This document shows, in pieces, positions 56,299 through 64,000 of a stretch of DNA of 64,000 nt. The position numbers and the translations under genes were made by a program. Every line of letters begins with the position of its first letter. Positions within the stretch are counted from its first letter, which is position 1. Below the pieces are notes generated by a model. It did no database searches and was not told where the DNA came from. It saw only the letters and a program-made list of their open reading frames with translations. The stretch comes from an uncultured delta proteobacterium (GTDB lineage: Bacteria > Desulfobacterota > WTBG01 > CAIYCZ01 > CAIRTM01), in the NCBI GenBank assembly GCA_963804955.1, contig CAWDSQ010000011.1:32001-96000 (forward strand), in the 5' to 3' direction.

Positions 56299-58806
56299 AT
56301 GCGCGACCGTTTCAATCTTCCCATCGATGACGTGCTGCCCGGCCTTCGCCGGGCGCTTGCGAGCGGCTCACGCGCCGTGCTTTCGGCGCCGCCCGGCTCG
56401 GGCAAGACGACCTGCGTGCCCCTTGCCCTGCTTGCAGAGCCCTGGCTGAAAGGCGGGCGCATCATCATGCTCGAGCCCCGCAGGCTTGCGGCCCGGGCTG
56501 CCTGCCGCCGCATGTCGGCCATGCTCGGGCAGGAGGCGGGCGGCACTGTCGGCTACCGCATCCGCAGGGAAACGCAGGTGGGGCCGGCTACGCGCATCGA
56601 GGTCGTCACCGAAGGGATTCTTACCCGCATGCTGCAGACGGATCCGGCCTTGACGGGGTGGGGCTTGTCATTTTTGATGAATTTCACGAGCGCAGCCTCA
56701 ATGCAGACCTTGGCCTTGCCCTGTGCCTGGACGCGCAGCAGGCTTTGCGCGAGGATCTGCGGGTGCTGGTCATGTCTGCCACCATGGACAGCGATGCCGT
56801 GTCGCGCCTGCTCGGCGGCGCGCCCGTGCTGAGCGGGCAGGGCCGGCTGTTTGACGTGGCAACACGCTATAGAAGCAATGCCCTGCGGCTGAACATTGAA
56901 GCAGAGGCGGCGGCAACCATAACGCAGGCCCTCGGCTGCGACGCAGGCAGCATGCTCGTTTTTCTGCCGGGTGAAGGAGAGATTCGGCGCACGGCCGGGC
57001 TTCTTGCCAAGAGCGTCCTCCCTGCCTGATGTTGCCGTGCTGCCCCTGTATGGCAATTTGCCCCGCCAGGATCAGGACCGCGCCATAGCCCCTGCCCCGA
57101 AGGGCTTGCGCAAGGTGGTTCTGACAACCTCCATTGCCGAGACAAGCCTCACTATCGAAGGCGTCAGTATTGTTGTCGACAGCGGCCTTATGCGCCTGCC
57201 GCGCTTTGACGCCCGCAGCGCCATGACGCGCCTTGTTACCGTGCCGGTTACCCGGGCCTCTGCCGACCAGCGCCGGGGCCGCGCCGGCCGCACCGGGCCC
57301 GGTGTCTGCTACCGGCTCTGGACCGAGTCTCAGCACGGGCAGCTGCAGGAATACACTCCTGCTGAAATCCGCAGCGCCGATCTTGCCTCATTTGCCCTTG
57401 AACTTGCCCTGTGGGGCGAGATCGATGCGGCCCGTCTTTCATGGCTCGATCCGCCGCCTGCAGGCGCTCTTGCCCAGGCCCGCGCGCTTCTGCAGGAGCT
57501 TGACGCCCTTGACAGCCAGTACCGCATCACGGAGCAGGGCCGGCGCATGGCAGCACTTCCCCTGCACCCGCGTCTCGGCCATATGCTGGTTCAGGGCGCG
57601 CGGATGGGGCTTGGGCGGCAGGCATGCCTGCTTGCGGCCCTGCTCAGCGAGCGGGATATACTGCGGTTTGACCCGGGCATGAAGGATGCTGATCTGCGGC
57701 TGCGCCTCGAGGTTTTACTGAACGACTCGTCGTCATTTGAAGGATACAGCGTGGATCGTCAGCTTGCGCGCCAGATTCGCGAGCAGGCCGCAGACCTGCA
57801 GCGGCTGCTGCAGATTCCTGACGGGCGGATATGCCTTGAAGCAACGGGCAGCCTGCTTGCCCATGCCTATCCCGACCGCATCGGCCTGCGGCGCGGGCCT
57901 GATGGCGGGTATCTGCTGGCAGGTGGCCGGGGCGCACAGTTTGACCGGTATGAGCCGCTGAGCGCGCAGGAATTTCTGGTGGCTGCCCATCTTGACGGCG
58001 GCCAGCGGTCGGCCCGCATATTTCTTGCCGCAGCCTACAGCCGCGCCGAGCTTGAAGAGCAGTTCGCCGGCCATCTCATGAAAGAGGACTCCATAGGCTG
58101 GGACCATGCAACGCTTTCCGTGCAGGCTTGCTCGCGCATGCGGTTCGGCAGCCTCGTGCTTGATGAGCGGCCGCTGCGCAAACCCGATCCGGACAAAATC
58201 GCCCGCGCCCTTCTTGCAGGCATAGCCTCCGAAGGGCTGCATCTGCTGCCCTGGAACCGCGAGCTGCGCTCGTGGCAGGAGCGGGTGCTGTTTCTCCGGC
58301 GCGTGCTGCCGGAAGAGGAGTGGCCTGATGTGAGCGATGCAGCCCTTGCGGGAACCATGGAGCTGTGGCTGCTGCCCTTTGTGCAGGGCATGAGCCGGGC
58401 CGAGCACCTGCAGCGGCTGCACCTGAAAGAGGCCCTGCAGGGGCTGCTGCCGTGGCGGGCACAGAAGCGCCTGGATGAGCTTGCGCCCACGCACGTGGAA
58501 GTGCCCAGCGGCTCGCGCATCGCCCTTGATTACAGCGCAGAGGAGCCCGTGCTTGCCGTGCGGCTGCAGGAGCTGTTCGGCCTGAAAGAAACGCCCCGCA
58601 TCGCCGCGGGCCGCGTTCCGGTCATGCTGCACCTGCTGTCGCCTGCCATGCGGCCTATGCAGGTGACGCGCGATCTTGCAAACTTCTGGGCGGTCACGTA
58701 TTTTGAAGTCCGCCGGGAGCTGCTGCCCCGCTATCCCAAGCACTACTGGCCCGACGACCCCCTGGCCGCTCAGCCCACCCGCCGCGCCAAGCCCCGGCGG
58801 CGCTGA
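56299..58806 (+). CDS. hrpB: ATP-dependent helicase HrpB (frameshifts)
   Basis: APPGSGKTT, EPRRLAAR, DEFHER, MSAT, IAETSLTI, QRRGRAGR, RLQELFG, RYPKHYWPDDP. Confidence 0.96.
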
Positions 58807-59290
58807 AGAGCCGCTTCTCTGTGCGGCGGAGACCTTTTTTACCGCCTTCTAGATTGCATGTATATCGTTCCGGAGGTTCCAGCTTTCTTTTATGAGGTAA
58901 AACGAATATCCTTGACGGATAGAGCATCCATTGAATAGAAATCCTTTACGCAATTTTTACATTGTTTTTAACAACAGTATTAATCATATACCGTCAAACA
59001 CCCCGCTTATTAGTTTTGAGGCTTACAGATTATTATTCCTTGGCCATAGGATGCAGCTTTATTTATTGCATATTCGGTTAGGCAATCTTGAATTTTCGGG
59101 ATTTTGTTTTGTCAAAGCAGAGAGAGCCGCAGTGTTGAGTTTAGGGTAGACAAGCATGGACAAAAGATATGGCGGTAAAAAGAGCGGTTGATGCATACAT
59201 GCCGCAACCGCTCTTCGCAAGGCAGTATTTTAGGTGCGTCAGATTTTTCAGCTGTAACACTGTACGGCAAACGGCAGGTAAAAGACTCTT

Positions 59291-59482
59291 TTACTCGTCA
59301 ATAATAATGATAGCAGTTTCGGGACAGGCATCCCGGCAAAAGCCGCAGCAGTTGCAGACTATTCCGGCTTCTTCAATGACTCGCACCTTTTTTTTCCCGC
59401 TTCATCCTCTACAAGCTCCCAGAGCTCAAGGCCTTCAAAAGGTTATGGCGGGCCCGCTATTTTATCAGCAAAATGGATCATG
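59291..59482 (-). pseudogene. 4Fe-4S ferredoxin fragment or degraded small ferredoxin
   Basis: Manual translation VRVIEEAGIVCNCCGFCRDACPETAIIIDE* (CxxCxxCxxxCP); upstream frame has an indel and a stop. Confidence 0.55.
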
Positions 59483-59927
59483 TCTTTGAAATCGACCCGG
59501 GCCATAGAAAAACCCCCTGAAAAAAGTCATTATGTTTTTTTTAAATTAAATTATATAAATTTTTACTTTTAAAAGCAATTAACTTTGCACGGTCTTTCCA
59601 ATATGCTACTAAATAATAGTAGCCTGAGTTAATATAGAGCATGAGTGGCAAGGGCAACTACTCCTATGCACGGGCTGAATTCTTTTTCCACACATTGTAA
59701 AGACCGAATTGTATTTTGAGGTTTATCAAACCAGGGCTGAAGCCAGAGAAAGCAACTTTGAATATATTGAGGTGTTTTACAACCAGGAGCGCAGGCATTC
59801 TGCTTTGAACTGTTTGTTCCCTATTCCTTTTGAACTGCTTCCAAAAGTCGCCTAACTGTGTATCTTGTTTTTGTGGGCAAGATCATCGATAGACTGAGGT
59901 GCCCTAACCACCAATTTAGGAGGAGGC

Positions 59928-61946
59928 ATGAAAATGCACCAAAGGATCCCGGGTTTATTGCAGCTACTGGTCTTAGCCATACTCTGTATGCCGCTGGCAT
60001 GTGTAAAGAAGGAAAAGATAGGGGTTATCTATATTCTTCATGGCGGCATGGATGAGTATAATCCGCAGTTTTTGTGGGATGCATCGGTCCATCAGTTTTC
60101 CTTCGACCAGAACCACCCCGTATACACGACGATAATCTGGAATTCAGTCTGGTGGCCAACGGTGTTGACATCTGAGGAGTCTGTTAAGTTTATCAGGAAG
60201 TATGCGTTTGAATACGAGCGCATTGGCGGAACCGATCCCTTCCAGAAGCTTTCCGATAAACAACTGTCCGATATGAAAGCCGCCCTGAACAAGAACACCG
60301 AGGGTCTTAAATTTGAAGTTGAGTTTGCCTCATGGATGGCAGGAGACCGCCCGGGCAACTATCCCTATCCACGGTTTCTGTACAACGGCCCCGGGGGCAA
60401 GATCCTGATAAATGCACCTACTGCGGCGAAGGCGAAGCTGGCGGGCCATGGGCTGGCTGCGATCCGGAGCGCTACAATATTGACGGACCGGTAGAGCGCC
60501 TTTTGAAAAAAGGGGTGTCCCGCATTATTGCCATTGACATGGCCGTGGGAGGAGTGCGCTTTTACAAGCCCTTTGATGTTGTTCAGATGACAAAACGGGC
60601 AATGCAGGACTATGACAACGGTAAAGGAACAACGGTGCCGCTCCTGTGGGTTAACGATTACGGCAATGTAATGGAGCGCTCCTATCCCCTGGAGCCCGAG
60701 GGCTGGACTGCTTTTTCGCCTACTCCGCCCACACTGGACAGCCACGTTGTATTAAACGGATGCCCAAATCCTGTTGCCGAAGACCCTGATTTGGCGCTTC
60801 TGCATGTGGAGGGAATAGAAGCAGGCATGTCTGGTGCTGTTAATGACGAGGACACCGCCGTGCTTTTGTTCAACCACGGTCTGTTCCGTGCGGCCCGGCG
60901 CTATTTTGATCCGAAGATAGATGACACCGTGGCGCTGAACAAAAACATCAAGGCCCTGATGCTTGAGCGGCATCCTGGAATACATCCCGATAATATCATA
61001 GGTGCCTTCGGCGGCGTCAGGGAGATAAATCCTGCAAACAATATCTATGAGCGCACACGGGAAATGCGCGGTGAAGACCTCGCGCACAGCTACCTGCATG
61101 AATCCGAACAGGACATGCCAGGCGACGAATGGGGTTACCGGTACTGGGATGCCCTTGAATATCTGAAAAACCGGGGCGTTAGGCACATTGTGGTCAGCTT
61201 TCCGCAGGTTGTCACCGATTCCGTTCTTACAATCAGTTGAGTACTATAATCAGATCGGAAAAGAGATCGGGACAAAGACGTGGCTCTACTCCGGCACAGG
61301 TGATTTCGAGACCTATCCAGGGGTGGGGCATCCTTTTGCTGATTACTGGGGAAACTGGGTGGATACTGACTGCGGAGGTGAAGCATGCTGTTTTGAAATG
61401 GGTGGATGCGACGACGGCAGGCCCTATCCTCCGCCGCGCCAGCAGCCCATAAATCAGGCCCTGCAGGACATGGACCCTTCTCTTGCCTATGATCTCAGCG
61501 ATTATGGCCACCTCGGCTATGACCCGGTAATAGGACCGCCCGACCCGAACGCTCCGGTCCAGGAGCAGTATACGGGGACCTGGTCGATGTATGTTCCGCC
61601 CGGCGATGATCCGAAGATGGGGAAGCTGCTTGCAAAACATGTGCTCAATGCGGTGACCAATCCCATGGTATATATTACCAACGGCGAAATTGAAAAAATA
61701 ACGGATAACCAGAGCATAACCTGGCAGGCGAACGTGGCAGGCGGGTACCCGGATTACCAATACGAATGGTCCATAAAGAAGGATGGTGCAGCAGACTGGA
61801 CAGCAGCGGGTGACAACAGTGCGTCCTGGACATGGACCCCTGCTTCAGGTTCAGCCGGAACATATGCAATTCGGTGCAAGGTGACCGATTCTAAAACACA
61901 TACCGGCGAGGTTACCTGGAAAGGGTTTGTTGTTTCCGGTTTGTAA
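59928..61946 (+). CDS. Lipoprotein with ferrochelatase-like fold and C-terminal PKD/Ig-like domain (frameshifts near 60400 and 61235)
   Basis: AGGAGG RBS; lipobox PLAC; KIGVIY, YERIGGTDP, LLKKGVSRII, VLLFNHG, ALEYLKNRGVRHIVV..VTDS; YQYEW..WTWTP..GTYAIRCKVTD. Confidence 0.6.
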
Positions 61947-61978
61947 TAAATAAAACACTGTATTTTGAGGAGAGCATT

Positions 61979-62966
61979 ATGAAAAGGGAAGGATATCTCC
62001 GGGTCGTATCGTTTGCTGCGCTGCTCTGCGTTATGGTTGTGACTTTTCAGCAATGCAAGCCAAAAGAGCCGCCATTAAAGTCAATCCCCATGCAGATCGT
62101 TTCCGGGATTCCCATCTGGGTTGCCGGGGACAATGATACCGCAAGCCCGGATACCATCAAAGGCAGGGATCAGCTCGTTGACGCGCTGGATGCAGCCTTT
62201 GCCCGCGTTCTGGACAGCGGAAAATTCAGGGAGATCATTAACAGCGATCCGGTTGCCGGGCCTCTTGTCATCAACATCGGGGACTGCTATCCAAGAATAA
62301 CGGATGACGGGGACGAAATTTACCCGTTTCCTGAAAATCCGACCGGGGTTCTTGCAACCATACTGGCCGGCAAAAGGATCAGATTGGGTACTGTTCGATG
62401 TGGTCAACACGCCGGGCACTTTTCATGTCTTTGATGATTTCAACCCCGCTCTCATGCGGGCAATTATCGATGAGCTTGGCAAGGGATACGGCCTCCCACC
62501 CTCTCCCGACCCGGGCGCACTCCAGATAGTCCCGGTCCTGATATCGCCGCCGAGCAGCAGTTTAGTGTTTACTGGATTGAATAACGGCGACTATGACATT
62601 ACCGACTTTCTCGGGGCGCTGGGAGCAACGGCGTCAGTCAACGGGGTGGAGGCGAGACGCAGGAAACTGGCACGTTTCACCTGCACTGCCTTTGGCACCC
62701 CGTGGTACATTCATGTACGAAATGATTCAACATACAACACATTCGATGATGTCGTGGCGGACACGACCGCTGACATATGCGTGGGGCAGCTTTCCGCACG
62801 GCTCTCAGAGGACTATTTTAAAAACGCCAAAAGCATAACGCAGGTATTTGAAGAAGATGACCTGGTAAAGTGCAGCGAGGGGGTCATGGACGGGACCTAC
62901 GATGCCTATCTGCACTTTGACCCTGTGCCGTATTGCGACAATGCTACCGGTAGAGCCGGGAAATAG
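61979..62966 (+). CDS. Putative substrate-binding lipoprotein (SBP family 3-like; frameshift near 62390)
   Basis: Signal peptide with Cys; LVDALDAAFARVLDSGKFREI, LATILAGKRIRLG, GLNNGDYDI. Confidence 0.55.
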
Positions 62967-63000
62967 ATACCGCCGCTTTGCGAATCAGCACATGATTTGA

Positions 63001-63031
63001 AAAAAGGCCGCGGGAGCACCTGCGGCCTTTC
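63001..63031. terminator. Intrinsic terminator
   Basis: aaaggccgc-gggagcacct-gcggccttt. Confidence 0.7.
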
Positions 63032-63426
63032 TATTATCAAACGGATACATTCTCCTTAAACTTTGGGAAAAGCAGGATAGCGTGCTCTATTTTTATCAGA
63101 CGAACGCACAACATCACCTCCAACATACGGGGGCTGAATATGCCTTATAACAATCCATATACATTTCGCATACGATCGAACATTGATAAGTATCCGCACT
63201 GGTCATATGTCAAAGCCGATCCCGATTATCCCGGACTGCGCGCCGTGCCGCAAAATTCTGCTGGATTAGCATCGAAGGCCGCCCTTAAAACTGAGGCTCC
63301 GCCGTCCCGGTGCATCAGCCGGGCATTACCGGTTTTCTTTCATTAAAAAATCCATGCACGACCCGCTGCCTTAGTATATATTATATACAGGTGCTGTGTT
63401 TCTAACCTGGAAAGGAGGAATACTCT

Positions 63427-63648
63427 ATGTCGAAGCAGACACTTTTCAGACAGCAGCGAAAAATTGAAGCGCTGCACAAAATAGCGGCCTCCGTCGAAGG
63501 GGGCAGGAAAAATAAATTCAATTATCTGAAGGCCCATCGCTTTAGCCTTGACAGGCCCGTGAGGGGTTTTTCAACCGAGCGCGGCATGAGCCGGTATCAG
63601 ATCCATGATTACCGGACACTGCTCCGCAGGAGCAATCAGGAGCTCTGA
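63427..63648 (+). CDS. Small basic hypothetical protein
   Basis: Strong AGGAGG RBS upstream; 73 aa. Confidence 0.5.
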   Translation: MSKQTLFRQQRKIEALHKIAASVEGGRKNKFNYLKAHRFSLDRPVRGFSTERGMSRYQIHDYRTLLRRSNQEL

Positions 63649-63742
63649 CCTGCGCGGGAGCGAACGCGCTTGCATGATGTGAAAAACTGCGGGCTGAAGC
63701 CGTGCGGAAAGAAGTATAAACTATAGACTATGAGGTCATTGT

Positions 63743-64000
63743 ATGAAATGCATACATTGCGTGGTAACTGCCGGGTTATTGTTCTGCTGTCTGGCAATTC
63801 CGGGCATAGCACAAAGCGGGGATACACAGGGCGCCACAGGGAAAAAAGTTCCGGCTGGCGCAACGGGGAGCCTGGGATCACGGGGGCGTTACCGGGAAAG
63901 CACCTGTGGGCGCAATGGGGAAGGCACCTGTCGGCGCAATGGGGAAAGCGCCTGTTGGCGCAACAGGCAGCCTGGGATCCGGGAGCGTTACCGGGAAAAC
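63743..64000 (+). CDS. Secreted low-complexity protein with GKAPVGA(M/T) octapeptide repeats (3'-truncated, indel near 63880)
   Basis: GAGG RBS; MKCIHCVVTAGLLFCCLAIPGIA signal; 24-bp tandem repeats at about 63895-63966. Confidence 0.65.
   Translation, partial: MKCIHCVVTAGLLFCCLAIPGIAQSGDTQGATGKKVPAGATGSLGSRGRYRESTCGRNGEGTCRRNGESACWRNRQPGIRERYREN

Noticed and set aside
63880..64000. CRISPR-like repeats
   Set aside because: 24-bp units abut without unique spacers and vary at codon third positions, so this is a coding repeat

Overview
Bacterial chromosomal window of moderately high GC. Gene content (cbiMQO-type ECF transporter, class II RNR, SPL-like radical SAM, LPS genes) suggests an anaerobic Gram-negative, probably Desulfobacterota/'Deltaproteobacteria'-like; this is inferred, not proven. 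Most long genes, including essential alaS, glmU, glmS and msbA, are split by single-base indels. These look like long-read assembly errors, so genes are reported as reconstructed CDS. Contents in order: Ni/Co ECF transporter coupled to a mycothiol-like cluster (S51 peptidase fused to a CysRS-type C-terminal domain, two Gfo/Idh/MocA oxidoreductases, Fem-like GNAT, MshA-like glycosyltransferase, MshB-like deacetylase); SDR-DUF2867; CorC/HlyC; REP-flanked MNT-HEPN toxin-antitoxin; TetR with a Tat-exported ATC-hydrolase-like protein; DUF1566 lipoprotein; MFS; histidine phosphatase; YheU; an envelope-modification island (esterase, HAD, class III aminotransferase, two ArnE/F-like SMRs, divergent ArnT-like GT, two-component system, DedA, two atypical kinase-fold proteins, cupin); Zn-ribbon-EIIA fusion; ParB-like plus SPL-like pair; Cys-rich lipoprotein; nrdJ with NrdR boxes; lpxL; alaS; bamD; glmU-glmS-tlpA-msbA; EEP; hrpB; a ferrochelatase-fold lipoprotein with a substrate-binding protein. 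Intergenic DNA is rich in nested MITE/REP elements. No CRISPR array, rRNA or tRNA was seen.
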